DNA from: Chrysomallon squamiferum
Taxonomy: Eukaryota > Animalia > Mollusca
Reading direction: 5' to 3'
Assembly: GCA_012295275.1 (NCBI GenBank)
Contig: CM022677.1
Coordinates: 4,340,001 to 4,404,000, forward strand
Length of the DNA stretch: 64,000 nucleotides
Both the position numbers and the translations under genes were made by a program. Positions 40,467 to 55,519 of the stretch are shown piece by piece; positions within the stretch are counted from its first letter, which is position 1, and each line of letters opens with the position of its first letter. The notes under the pieces were generated by a model. That model saw only the letters and a list, made by a program, of their open reading frames with translations. It did not search any database and was not told the DNA's origin.

Positions 40467-42941
40467 CATCAGTTCTTTTTCCTGGGATCATTATTATTGT
40501 TAGTGTTAGTGTTAGTGTTACTGTTACTGTTATTGTTGTTGTTGTTGTTGTTTTTATATTATTCTTAATGTTTTTAATTTTTGTTATTGCTATTATTATT
40601 ATTTACTTTTATTACTATTACAGTTATTTTTTGTTTTAAATAAATATAATTTTTTCCGTGTCTATTCTTGCCTTGTTTTTTCATTATTAGTACAGTTTTA
40701 AGATAAATTTGAATGAACTGTTACGAATACAATAAACATCCCTACCAAAAAATTTGAACACATTTCTGTAACAGTAATCTAAATATTCCAATGAAGAAAT
40801 TTGTGAATGTTTTTTTATAATTTTCATTACAGTTTATTTATCTTGAACTCGGTAGTCCCTGAAAAACATGCTGTGTTGGTTAAACGGAACATGATTATTG
40901 TAAACACTCGTGTGAAAACAACTGTGATTTCTTCACGTGATGATAATGTGAATTCTCTTAACCCACTTGACTGCTCACTGTAAATCATAAAACAAAAGAC
41001 CTGAATTGACCTTTTTAGTTTGCGTACATGAACTTACATGATTAATCTAAAATTCAGCTGGTATTTATCAAATTATTTAATTAAGAATATATCATTATTT
41101 TGTTTAAACACTGAGAAAAGCTAGTTAATAATCTTGAATGAAATTCCATATTTATTCAGTAATATAACCGATAATCTCTAATTAATATAATTTTAAAATG
41201 CCACATAAATAATAAAGACGTTATAAAACTAGGTTCTTATTTTTGGTATCGATGGGTAACATTATCATTGTAAACAGCGATATTCTTTAGATAACTGTGG
41301 TTTTAAAAAAGTTCACGATTTCTCATGTAATTATAAATAAAAAAGAAGTATTTAATTTTTATCTCGACAGAAACAATACACTAAGAATAAATCTGATTTC
41401 TCTGATAAATTTACGAGGCCTAATAAAAAATTCGAAGTCATTTTTATATCCACACACAGAGCAGTTCTAATGAAACTAGCGTCGACAATATATAGGAAGC
41501 TTCCGTTTTTACAGAAAAATAAAAATAAAATTAAAATTAAAAATATTAAGGTGTTATTATTGTTGTGGTTATTCAGCTGTTGACAAAGAGAGGACTTTGA
41601 CAACTGTCTCCTTCATTGTTATATAGATTATTACTGGTGAAGCGGTTATATTAATATCTAATGTAGTAAGAGAACTTCAGGTATAATAAGAAATGTAAAG
41701 AATATTACACTATACAACTTGCGCTGATGTACACCTTTTAATGAATGTAATGAAAAAATTAAATTTCGCATAATAAAATAAAAATTTATCAGGTAATCAT
41801 TACACACTATCGTGATTCCAAGGAATTAACTATGATATTTTTCAATATAACCTGGTATAAATATACGATATTAATAAATATGAGATTAACATTTGTCAAC
41901 ACACTTAACGTACAAACTGTAAATATCACCGCTCATAATTAATTTTCATCTTTTTCTTTTTATAACGCCATGAAGAATTATCATTTATAACTGTCAGTAA
42001 TGTCTAATAGATTAACTGTAGTCTTAATAATATTTAAGATCCAAGTACAGTAAAATTACACCTGTTTGTTATACGGTTTAGAATTAGCAAAGTAAAATAT
42101 CACGTTACGTTTAATAAAATGGACACTTCGAAGCGTATCTGTAGTTAGTTGCTCAATGTTCTGCTGTGTGTGTTTTTCAGTGAAACATGTTTCTGTGGTT
42201 ATAAAATGTCACACTAGATGCGCTCTCTTTATTTCTCGATATATTTTTGAGTCACATACAAAGCTAGTATTATTTATAAAAACATTATATTTCTGAATGT
42301 TCACAGTGAAATCATACCTGTAATTTTCAATATAATTTGTCGTATAACTAACTTAATATCATCTCATTCAAGAAGGATAGTTGAGAAATTCAGAAATAAA
42401 GAGACCTTCCAGATTCCAATTCTCTGTTACTAACATAATCAGGATTAGATTTTAGCTGCACCTGAGATTGTACTGATAATTAAATATTGATTTTCTTTTC
42501 CTATAGAGGTGTTTATTGAAAAGCTGAGGTTGCATTGTTAGATATTAGCAAATAATTAATTATATATGAAGTGATATTCATTTTAATATTTCTAGTTCAG
42601 AACTACAATGAATATTCAGGAATAAAATATCGCAACCAGATAAAAATGATATTTCATTAGCAACTGTGATAGTTATGTGATAGTCTCAACTGAAATTTGA
42701 CTGTTGTGTTTACTACATCAGATCAGAATAATTTGTTACTACGTTATTTTGTTAAGAAAATACACTATTTACATCGATCATTTTACGCTGCTTAATTTTT
42801 ACACGTCATCACAGTCTAACTAGTATTACATGTTATTAGCTTGATCCACAGAATACTGAATGGCATCCTGAAAGATAACAGTGGATTCTTTAATAGTCCA
42901 GTCAGTCTGCATGAGGTACGTCGTGTGATCCAGCACAAACT

Positions 42942-43080
<139 letters not shown>

Positions 43081-43769
43081 TCAAGTTTACCAAATTTGCT
43101 CAATACACTTACCAAATTTAAATTGACGTTTTATTTACTACGCGAAATAATTTGATTAATCTGAAATTCAGCAGTATTTTGAAGTTTATTATTTTTAAAC
43201 AGGAATATATTTGTTTCATATGCATTATTAAATCATGAATAATTTTATTACCATCGATTTATATAGGTTTCATCGGAAATTAAATATATGTACAGGAGAT
43301 ACTTAACTTTTATTCTATACTGAGAAACAAAATGCAATACTAAAACCCCGTGTAAATATTACATAAATAGTGCACACGTTATTAAAATTTAATGAAAGTA
43401 GAGAATATTTGCGAAAAATAATAATGTTTCAACATATTTTATTATGAGAGGCAAAACTATCAGTATAAGTAGCGGCATTCTTAAGTAAAACTGTCACTTT
43501 ATTTTTGCTTGTTTATAATTATGTGTGATGTTACCACCAACAAAACAGACACTGAGAGTGCTGTGAGTAATCTTAATTATAACTGTTATAAAATGTTTTA
43601 TAATAATAATAACAGTAATAATAATAAAAATAATAATAATAATGATGATTTATAGTGTAAACTACTAATATATGATTTATAATGTAAACTGCGTTCGTTT
43701 TACAAAATAAACGTGATAGCTTTGTATACATAATGGAATATCATTTAATTTTTCTTCTATTTTTTTATA

Positions 43770-43802
<33 letters not shown>

Positions 43803-44022
43803 TAACAAAATTAAATTAAATTCTATATTACGCTCTACATTTCCCAGAATACAGGTATTCTCTATAATCGATGTAATTATCATTTTAATATGAGGTGATA
43901 CATAATTTATGACGTTAATGTTGCGCCTTCTAACGTGTTCTGCTTTTAGCAGAAGGTAAGAATATAGAGAAGGGTACAGATTAATAATCTTTTCTAAAAC
44001 TGTATGAGATGTAAGATGTTAT

Positions 44023-44114
44023 AAAGGAAAAGTTGAGTGGACGCGAGGTTAGGCTGATCTCTTTTTATTAACTGAATACAAACTATGAAAGGGTCATATC
44101 AACCTTTTTCCTTT

Positions 44115-44156
<42 letters not shown>

Positions 44157-44520
44157 ATTAAAACAGGTAATAATGATATATTTTAATATAGGACAGGCAC
44201 AGTCAGAAAATAAGAATAATAGCGAATAAAAAAACTAAATCGAATGATAAGGAGTACACCAATAACGTTAGCAACAACGCCGGTATGATGGCAATGACGT
44301 CGATATTAATAGAAATATTAAGAAAATATTTTAATACAGAATGCGCACGTTACAAAATAAGAATAAAAGCGAATAAAAAGCGAAAAAGAATAGTGAAGTG
44401 TACACCAAGACGTTAACAACAATGCTGGAACGACGGCAATGACGGCCTCATTAGTAGAAAGAGTAATGATATTTTTTAACGTAGGATGTGACACTGACTG
44501 CAATAGTTAATAAAAGCCAA
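44023..44520. mobile_element. Helentron/HINE (DINE-1-like) architecture: short inverted repeat, (TATC)n, then about 147-bp tandem units
   Basis: AAAGGAAAAGTTGA...TCAACCTTTTTCCTTTT, (TATC)n at 44116-44156, AGCGAATAAAAA at 44221 and 44368; a related unit lies inverted at about 54645-54750. Confidence 0.45.
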
Positions 44521-45445
44521 AAGAATAAGGTGAGATACCCCGAGAACATTATTAGAATTTGTATAATATGTATAAATAAATACAAGTTCCAAGTGATTTG
44601 ATTGTTGTCTTGTTTTTAAAAAATGAACAATAAGATATAAAAATATAATTATTAATTGGATTATTTTAATAATTTATTATTATATTATTGTCTTGATTCT
44701 GAATTGTTCTTATTAACATTAAAATATATTTGTAAAAAGCAGAAATTAAATAGTCAAAAACAATAATTTTAGCTCTGTTAAAACCAGTATCTTTTTTAAA
44801 AACAGATTTGCAGTAATTTTTATTTTAAAGAAAATGAAAATGAAACGATGTATGTATGTATATAATAATATAATCATAATCATAATCATAATCATAATCA
44901 TAATCATAATAACAATAATAATAAACTAAAAAAAATTATAATTAATTTGCTTCATTATGGTTTCATTATGACAGTCTGTGACATCAAATAAAAGTGTAAT
45001 GGGCTCATAATACAAAATCTTAAAGGCATATGTCACTATAATCTATAATTCATTATTGGAATGCATTGTTACAAAAATAGAGGTTTAGTTTTGTCTTGAA
45101 ATGCTATTGTAATTATACTTCCTATTTAATAAACTTCAGTTTGATTAGTAACATTATGCAGAGTGATCTTGACTGCTCAAGGTTTATATGTTGTATGAAA
45201 AATTCATTGTTCTTATTCAAGGGGCAAATCGGAAAAAAAAAGGGTTTTAAGCGAAATAGGAATTTTACAGTAATTAATTAAGTAATAATAATAAATTAAA
45301 TAAACCAACAAATAATGGAAACTCGTTGTTTAGAAACTGTTGAAATTAATGTTAGAATATTTTGCTCGACTTTTCTTCTTTTTTTTAATAGAATTAGCCG
45401 AATTCATCTAAAAGTAGTAAATAGAATTTAGCTGTCTTTCCTATT

Positions 45446-45551
45446 TTTACAAACACGTTAAACAGAGTTATTTCCCTTAGACCATTAATGCATATGAAAT
45501 GGCATCTATCAATGGTCTAAGGGAAATAACTCTATTTATCGAGTTTGTAAA
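45446..45551. repeat. Hairpin/palindrome with a 23-bp perfect core (about 41-bp imperfect arms)
   Basis: AGAGTTATTTCCCTTAGACCATT (45464-86) / AATGGTCTAAGGGAAATAACTCT (45511-33). Confidence 0.9.
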
Positions 45552-45569
45552 TAACCAAAAAAGACTGAG

Positions 45570-45641
<72 letters not shown>

Positions 45642-46036
45642 TACAGAATGCCATTTTTGTTGATTAGTGTTCATTCTAGTGCTTTAATTATTTGTTTTTG
45701 TAAAATCGAACAAAATGTATATATAAAAAATAATGATTAAATCAGATGATCTTTTGCTGGTTGACATCAAATACCGAAGATATTGATCAGTATATAAATA
45801 ATAAAACTAAAAACAGACAAAAACTAGTCTTTATTTATTTATTTTTGTTTTAAAATATTTGAATGTGCCTTAACATTTTTAATGTTAAGAAATTTCAGCA
45901 TTTTTCCATTCTGATTACTGTTTTTTAGATAAGATGCAATGGGTTTGATTTTGTAGATGTCAGGATTTTAAAAAGTTAAGAAGAAATAATGTGTTTTTTT
46001 AACTTTTTGGGGAGAGTTACATATATATATATATAT

Positions 46037-46490
46037 TATTACCCCTAATTACATAATTTTAAATATATTTACACAATGATTACCCCCTACAAACCCTTGA
46101 TTTCCCCTGATATACAGATTTTTTTCCCCAATATTTTTATAAAAAATTATAATTACATGAATTACATAATCTTCAATTATTTTTACATTGATTACCCCAT
46201 CAAACCCTTGATTTTCCCATGATTTAAATATAAAGAGAAAAAAATGTTTTTGTTTTTTTTGTACAAAAAAATCTAATTACCCCATATGACATAATTTTCA
46301 ATTATATTTACATTGATTATCCCCAGCAAACCACTGATTTTACCCTGATTTAAATAATATAAAGAAAAAATGTTGTTTTATTGTGTTTTAATAAAAGCTT
46401 CAAATACCTCTAATTACATAGTTTTAAATATATTTAGACAATGATTACCCCAGCAAACCCTTGATTTATCCTGATTTAAATAATATAAAA
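46037..46490. repeat. Degenerate about 120-bp tandem repeat, 4 copies
   Basis: GATTA(T)CCCC..CAAACCC(T/A)TGATTT at about 46078, 46190, 46315, 46443. Confidence 0.8.
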
Positions 46491-46529
46491 ATTAGATTAA
46501 AAAAGTTAACTATCACACAGATTTTAGCT

Positions 46530-48007
46530 TATTTACAAAGATGGCATTCCATAGCAACGATGAATCTCCATTCCTCTTTCAGTGAGAAAAATTAGAATAA
46601 CCAAGCACACATCAATGATAAAAACAGTGCAAGCTGCTATGAAGTACAATGTGTACACTGGATGTTCTGATGACAATGTAGTCTCTTGGAGATCATTGAG
46701 TTTTCTAAATTCAAATTACATTTCAGACAGATTTTCTCTTGAAAGTGTTGAGCTTTCTCTGGACAGGGAAGACTGTGATGTAATAGCATTCTGGTGCTTT
46801 AGTTAACCTTGTCTGAAAATGGGTCTTACAATATTTTCAACTGAACTGCTGGCTGAGGCAGCTTGAATCTGTTGTCTAGGATCCTACAACAAAATATAAT
46901 ATTCATTAATAAACTAAACATAAAATAAAGTGCAAGCAGAATTGTTTTGTCAGCTCTAAATGCATTTCACGGTCTTAGCAAGAAACATTTTACTCCACAT
47001 TTTTATTTTTTCCATAAAACTTTAATAATAACAATAATTTATTAAATGTTTTTATATTCTCAATTTAAATCAGTTTAATATTATTTTTTTAATTTTGATA
47101 TAAAAGGATTAAAATAGCAATACATCAGTAAAAGTGATAATGAAAAATATGTTTTAATATATTTGAATGATTCTTTAACTTTGTAAAATTTGATATTTAC
47201 ACTTTTAGAGTTTAAGATGACTGCTAGGAATATTAAGTAAATAAACATTTTAAACTATATAGCTATTACATTACACAATACGGATTCTACTTGAAATACT
47301 AATATACTAACAAATTATTTGATTAATTAAAATATTTAATTATAACATTCTTTCCTGCCACGTTAATGTAATTTAATTTTTGCCATTAATGAAATATATT
47401 GTCTCATAAATAAACCAGAATTATTTTCTGCATTCAACCAATAGTTACAATAAAGAATCCTTTATATATAATTTAAAATGTATTTAAAACAAAGACTATA
47501 TTACACATGCATGAGATAAAATAAGAAAATAAGCTAAATCTTTCAAGACAATTCTTCCATCTGTCTACAAACTTTCAAAATATTGTAAACATCTTTAGCC
47601 CTACCACATAAAGTATTAAATGTATGGATTACAGGGAGATATTAATAAAAGCAAATTTCAAATTTATACAAATGTTCTGTTCCCTACTCTATTAGGCTGG
47701 CATGCAAATTATTACAAGGTTTACACTGATTCTTTACTACTAATGTTCAGTGCATCATTTTGCAAAAACACAAATGTATTATATTTTCATGTATGCTGCT
47801 TAAATCAGTATAACATTTTGTGTAGAATTTTGTGAAAGACTGAAGAAATATTTAAAACTGAAGTAAAATGGAAAGGTTTACAATGAATAATGTATTTAAA
47901 TACCTGCTGGACAGCACCAAATACTTCAACTCTACTGGAGACTCAAGCTGCTCTTTGTTCCAAAATGTCAATTCGAATTTGAATTTAATAACAAGCTGAT
48001 TTAAATT
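46530..48007 (-). pseudogene. IRAG/LRMP (MRVI1/Jaw1 family) gene fragment
   Basis: Exon 48007-47904 (AG/GT bounded) FKSACY*IQIRIDILEQRAA*VSSRVEVFGAVQQ resembles the IRAG coiled-coil motif AARLSSRAEVVGAVRQ. The exon from 46883 ends in a hydrophobic TM-like stretch YTLYFIAACTVFIIDVCLVILIF. Confidence 0.6.
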
Positions 48008-51000
48008 CTGAAAACATACAGTTTAAATCCACAGACTAGTATATTGTTTTTTTCTATTCCTATAAATATATGTGATACCAGATGAAAGATCATTCAGTAA
48101 ATACTCTCATTTCCTTGTTATAAAATGATTTAATAAATTAAGTCATATGAATCAATAAAATTAGAGTAAATTAAAAATTGAAATATAACTTTTAAAATCT
48201 TTTCTTTGTATTCTAATGAGATCTAATTATTCAGTTATCAATTCAAATTATTTACTGAGAGATAATTTAAAGTTAGATAACAAATATGTCTAAAATAAAT
48301 TTGAATCACATAATTAAAGCTAAAGTAGAATTTTTCATTCAGAAAGACCTTCAACAAATTTAACACAGATCTGTATTTATCTATGAACTGATTTCACACA
48401 CACCTCAACATCATTCCTTAAGCCATGCATTTAATACCACCTTGAAAATGACCAAGGTATAACCAGACTTGCTAATCATTATTCATTGTCAAAAATCCCA
48501 CAATAAAGGGCAACTGATTATTTCTGATAACTGTTACTGAATCACAACAATTTGTATAAATGTTTAGAACTTGGCAGAAAAAACTATGTGATTGCAGTCA
48601 TTTTGATTACATATTGCATTACCTTTCTGGGACAGCACAGTACTGACTCTATACATCTAATTTTAGATTTGATTAAAAATACAAGTTTATAATCTGGCTA
48701 CAACAATAAACTTATCCAGAATAATAATCTTTTAATCCAAAAAGATCATTTTAGAATGAGATGATATAATTAATGCAAACCACAAAAAAGTTGTTTATGC
48801 CTGCAGATTGTTTTGTTATATTTAATATATGTCTGCTAACTTTATCATATATATATCATAAAGTTAGCAGATTTGATTCCTGAACAAGGAAATGACCCAG
48901 CTGATAAAAAAAAATCATTGAACAAAATAATGCATACAATCACATGATACTGCAACACTAACAATTTATGAATTGAAAACCTTGATTATTTTTTATTTAG
49001 CATTGTGCCTTACAGAGAACAAAATAAAGAGAATTCTGCCATTTTAACTAAGTCTTCTTCTTCATGAATGAAAATTACCTGTGATGCAAACAACTGAATT
49101 ACCCTGAATAAAAATGGTGTGCAAATATTTATTTTAGTCAAGTAGTGGTGTCACTTCATTTGCTGAATGGAAAAGTTTTGTGCCATTTTAATTTTTATTT
49201 TAACTTAACCTCTTAATTTTGTTCTATTATTGCTTTATTTATTCTTTGCATTTTATTATTGTTTTGAATTTATTCTACTCAAAATCAATTAGCTTAATAT
49301 AAAAAACAATATAGTTGCGAATGTGAAACTGTAGAAAAAGCTTTATCATTAAGTTCTGGTTTATATTTTTGAACAAAATTATTAAAATTCCATTGATCAC
49401 ATTATTAGAGAAATTAAAGAAAATCAAAATTAGTATTTCAAAGAAAACATTTTTAACAGTAGCAATTGTTTTTAGCTCTCTTAACAATACTTATTATAAC
49501 ACTTTTGTTATATTCAAAGAACTAAAAACTCAATATGTAAAATGATAAAAATAGTAGAAATAATCATATAAGTGTATAATTAAGTTGTACATCACTATCA
49601 AGTCTCAGACAAAAATGTAACAAGATTTAATTTTTTTAATGGTATTTTTAGCATTTGAATGAAGTTGAAATGATCTGCAAATGATTTATTTTATGAATTC
49701 AGTGGAAAATAAACTGACAGAATTCTTACTGATCTTTTAACTAGATAAGAAATGTAACACAATCAGTGACAATGTAACAACATGGAATATTCAAACAGTT
49801 TACATATATTAGTTACTTTCGGGTATATCTTATATCTTGCATGCGACCTCATATCAGATTAAACATCAATACATATAATGACCCCTTCATATATAGAAAA
49901 TTTAATTCTATGAAAGTGACTTGAAGAATTCCTATATTTAAAGTTTTTTGAAACAGATCAGGGTTTTTCATTAATTATAAATACATTCACAAACACATAT
50001 ATACACATACAATTATCAAATTATATAATTATAATTATGTTGTAATAGTTCTAACAGACTGTGTTTAAAAAACAAACTTATTCCAGATTTAATTACTATA
50101 CAATGTTTTACCAGTGCAACACAAACACATACACATAATACATACTAGGCTTGCAACTCACCAACATTTGTGAAGGTTTGGATTTGTCCACGTTTTCGGG
50201 TGAGATGATCTGAATGGTCACAATCAGTTTTACACATAATCACCTGCAACACCAGAAAGATTTTTTTATACTTATAGAGAGTGAAAATAAATAAATATAT
50301 AATGTGTAATCCACCAGATTCCTAGTTGATATTCTCAGTAATAGTTGAAATGCATATTAATAAGAACAAACAATCAAAAAAAACAACAGTCACCCAGTGT
50401 TACTTCTGGAGTTAACAAAAAGCCAACAAACTGCCAACACAATCCAGCCCATTAAGAAAAGATTTAAGGAAAAACGAAGAAAAGAAAAATGTGTTTCTTC
50501 ATAACTGTGTGATATTGACAATCTAATTATCATTTACAGTTTGTTATACAAATAAACCTTAAGTCTGAAAATTGACCTCTTGTTTGTCTTTATCCATCCA
50601 AGAAAGAAAAGCAATACATTTTTCTGTGTATCATTTCTGGCACCATCTATAAACATAATAAATAAAACATAATTAAAACTTTACTTACCTTTCCACCATT
50701 TTCTGCATATTCAGCAGGCTTATTGTCATCCATTCTGAAACAGAAATAACAGGGTAATAAATCCAATAAGTCAGCAGGTAATTTAAATATTTTGGAAAAT
50801 AACAAAGAAATGTATATAAAATAATTAAAAAAACAATTGAAAATTACAATGTTTCCCTCAATGCAACAACTATCACAGCAGCAGTAACACAAACCTTAAA
50901 CCTGTAGCATCTCAAAGATCAACAATCTTTGAAGAGTGGCCTTTGTCATTGAAGACCTGACAACAGAAATGTCTCTTTCTCAATGGGCTCAGTCATCCAG

Positions 51001-52379
51001 TACTCAATCTCTGCAGCTACCTGCATACTTGATTTCAGTACATGCAGCCTGTTCCATTGTTTTGTTGATGCGATTGTAGCTGCTGTCAGTTTCTATTAAA
51101 CTTTCAGCAGGTTCATAGTTTATTGGTACACACACTCGCTTACCGTCATTTATAACAACTTTCAAGGGCTTATTTCATTTGAAAAAAAGGGATGGCAAAG
51201 TCTACCTCTGTGTTTTCAATACACAGACATGATGATGGTTGATATAAGGCTTGAAGTAGTACACAATCAATCAAAGACACTCTCAAAATAACCACATGGA
51301 ATTAGACTTGGGAGATGACTGTACTGCCTTGGAAGCAGGGAGTGGTTATTGTCTGAAAGTGAGCATGTGTAGGTCTGTTTTTTATTTTATTTACTTTATT
51401 TTGAGCCTGTTGGGTTGCCATTTTGGATTCTGGGGCAGTATTGTTTTAATATATTTGAAGTTATGTTATAAACTTTTTGGGCAATATAAACTATCACAGC
51501 TGACTGGGTACAATTAAACATAACTACTGTTCTTGTTACGTTTATCATAAAAATTTCTCTAAAAACAACTAATATTAGTACTATACTATAACTACTATCA
51601 CCACTACAACCAGTAATTTGACTATGACCCTTTTTTTTAATCACCATGAGTCTCTCAAGATGTATTCTATTACAAAGCTATGGAGACAGCATCATCAACT
51701 AAAACATCACCAAGGTCAATTCTGCAACATTACTATTAGTACTATTATTAATAATGCTGCAAGTACTAATGCTGTAACATCTACATTACTACAACAATAG
51801 CAATGACTAATACTATTACTATAACAATAACAGCCTCTACAGATGCTCCTTTCTGCCATATTCTTTGATGACATTTCTCTCTTGTGATGAGCTCACAGAA
51901 TTAGCTCTTCTTGTGTACAGAGCAGTTTATTTATCTTTTTAGTTATGTATGAGTCTGTCACAGAGAGAGAGATCATGAAACATTTACATGTACATATCCT
52001 ATTCAAAACCAAAACAGAAAACCAGTCCTAATATAAATTATGTTGATTAACTAGTTATTAAGACTCATATATTTAACCTGATTCATTATTTTATTTACAA
52101 ACATTGTGGTATTAAACTAACCATGAAAATTGAGAGACTGCAGACAATAGAAACTACAGACAACAGCTACTGTACATCCATCTCCAATGTATTTTAGTAT
52201 GTCTGTCATTACAGGAATAGTGATAGGAAAGTTTGTGGAAACAGGAAAGTTAAACATTTTAAAATATTCTGTTTTAAAATATAGACATTTACAACAAGCT
52301 AATCAGGTCTGTATGAATGGAAGTGTATGTCATCTGCCAAGTGTGTGTGAATAATAAGAAAACAAACTCAAATTCAGTT

Positions 52380-53270
52380 TCTTTCCTCTTTTCCAGTGGC
52401 AGAAGTACAGCACCTTCTACTGAAACAACTTCACTAGCCAACATCACAACATCAGTTATGTACATTCAGAAAAAAAAAAAATACAAATAAAATAATAAAA
52501 TTAATAAACTGTTATAAATAAATAACTAATGTTTCTGTTATTATTAAAATTCAAATTGTACTGGTACCAGTTATTGGATTATTCAGACACAAAGGGGTGT
52601 GGGATATTTTTGATATACTTTGTACAATCATTATAATGATAATGATGATAATGGAAATAATTTAAATAATTAACAAAACAATAGCAAAGAAGCGATTATT
52701 ATTATGGTATTTTACAATGAGTAAAGAGATGTTACTATAAAATTTGTTTTACTTTCTAAGAAATAAAAATAAGATAAAAAACTTACAACTTGGGATTGTG
52801 CAGTCTGCAGAGTCTGTACAGCTGATTCATCCTTCTCCATAATGTAAATTCCCTTTCTAGACAGCGACTGGACAATACTGCAATTTAATATCAATGGTAA
52901 ATAAAGTTTTTAGAAATTCCAACATGAACATGATTCTTTTTTTTATGAATCTACATTTGTCTGATAAATGTAATTTTGTTTGCTTATTATCATTCATGCA
53001 ATATGTCTCACACATACACGTGCATCAGCTTGTTTTCACAAAACTGCAGACTTCAGTGGTGCTCTGCCCTTTCCTTCTTGTTCCTGTCTATGCTGAATGT
53101 AAACCATCAATATATCCATATTATAGATATCCCAGCAGCATTTGCACTCTACACAGTGGTTCTGGTCAGTGATTGTGTAGCTGGATGAGAATTTATAAAA
53201 TATTTCACTCAGATCTGATTTTTCATAGAAGCATTCTTTAAATAAATTTGGAATATTTTCTCCATATGAC
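52380..53270 (-). pseudogene. CAMSAP: Second CAMSAP/Patronin N-terminal pseudogene fragment (copy 2)
   Basis: From 53270: SYGENIPNLFKECFYEKSD; about 52890-52787: SIVQSLSRKGIYIMEKDES (cf. SVIQALSRKGIYVMESDD); about 52468-52400 is nucleotide-homologous to copy-1 exon 14956-15041 (TGATGTTGGC..GTGAAGTTGTTTCAG). Confidence 0.75.
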
Positions 53271-53519
53271 CTAGAAAACATCAAAAATAAACAAATATTA
53301 ATAATGATATGAAAAATAAAATGAATAATAATAATAAAGATTAAAAAAATAATAATAACAAAAAATAAAACATAATAATAATAATTAATAGTAATAATAA
53401 GAAGAAGATAAAAAACAAGGAAGTACAACAAAACAAAACAAAATGTAAATAAATTAAAACTGACAATTAAGAAAAGAAGGAAAACAAAGAACAGTTATCA
53501 CTGAGGATAACAAATTATG

Positions 53520-53559
<40 letters not shown>

Positions 53560-55162
53560 TAAGTGTTAAATATTATTATAGGAAATAATTTTATTAATAT
53601 TTTTCAGTGTCAACATGTGAAATAACCTGGTCATATTTTTCTTAAATTTTTATTCATCATTACTTGTTTTTAATGTTAACATTGAGCTATACAGGTATTT
53701 AGCTTTAATAATATGAAAGCATTTAGGGCCCCACCAATTATAAACTTTAATATATTTAAAAAAAATTAAATATGTTTAATAAACTATAGAGCAAGTCAGC
53801 AATTTAACATAAATCTTTTTAAAAAATAATTCATAAATAAACTGACAGAAAACAACATGTCAAACAAAATTAGCATATTTTCTTTTAATAGTTTTATTAG
53901 TTTATTTCAAGAAAATAATAATAATAATAAATAAATAAAGCCTTTGACAGTTGACACATAGATGTTGTGTAGTGTTTACTTTGGTGTGTGCTACACATGT
54001 CAATTTATTTTAAAACAAATGTAATTACTGGCCACACAAAAATGTGCCCCTGGTAGGATGATACATCAAAATTAAAGACTAAACATGATTTCTTGTTTAT
54101 ATGACGTTGTTTATGCTGTTCACATTAGTACAACCACTGGTGAATTTTATTATTAATCAAGTGTCGTTATGAAATATTTGATGCAACTGTTTTGTTGCAA
54201 GATAATGTGATTACCACAATTATGTAGAAGATTCTTCGAACATCAAATAAAAAAGTAAATCTGTAAACACCGACACTCATCCCGCATTCAAAACAAATAA
54301 AATAAAATAAAGCAGCATAACAACCTTTATTAAAAATACGTGCTAATTATAAATCGATGTGGTTCTCCTTTTATTTATTTATTTGTTATTATTTTTGTTT
54401 ATCTTATTATAAGCCAATTGTTGACCGTAAGCTTCAAATAAACAGTGTTGCTATTTTTTTCCCCTACTTTTTCTTCCTTCTTATTATTTTTATTAATGCA
54501 CCAAATAAAATCAGAAAGCTTCGAACTCACACTGCAATAACTTGCTTATTACTGTCCAGGAATATACCATTCTTTTATATACGTCTGAAAACAAGGTCTG
54601 AAAAAATAAAAAATATTCTTTTGCCTTTTATTAAGTCTTGCAATTAGTGTCCTATTTTATTCGCTGTTATTCTTCTTTTCTGGTCGTGCCCCTCCTGTAT
54701 TAAAATATATTGTTAACATTTCTGTGAATGAAGCCGTCGTTACCGTCGTCTTATCTGTCACTGTTACTTGAGCAAGACTACCGCCACTACTGCTGACCTC
54801 CACTGTTACTTCAGCAAAACTACTGATCTGCCAGTTACTTCAGAAATACTATAACTATTATACCTGTTGTCACTAGTATTACTACTGCAACTACTATAAC
54901 ACACTACTTCTTCTATTATATTACTACTATTATTACTATTACTGCTACTGCTGTTATGTCTACATATATTACACAGAATAATAATAATCAGTTTAAATAT
55001 TATTGGAATACATTTCTAAATAACTATAATATTATCCCTTGTACTTCAGTTATTAATATTAAACTGTGGAGACAGCTGTAGATAGTAATGTTTAAGTTAG
55101 CTCTCTCTATTCAGAAAATAAATCTCATTTCAAAAGAAAAAAAGGAAAGCTTTTCAATCTAA

Positions 55163-55207
<45 letters not shown>

Positions 55208-55519
55208 CAAACACACACATGCAGACATTCTATCTCTCTCTCACACACACACACACACACAGAAACATACAATACATAGATAACACAAACATAAAACACT
55301 TGCATGCAGTCAAAAACCTGACTTCACATCACTGACACCACATGACTTCTCACAAACACTACATTCTCTGACAACACTTGCATGCACACATAACATTTGT
55401 CAGAGGAGAGAGAAATAACATTCATTTACACATCACCTGCATTTTCATTACATTACATGCATACACATAGAGACAAAACATACGCATTTATATAAACCAC
55501 AGAATTACATGAAAACACA

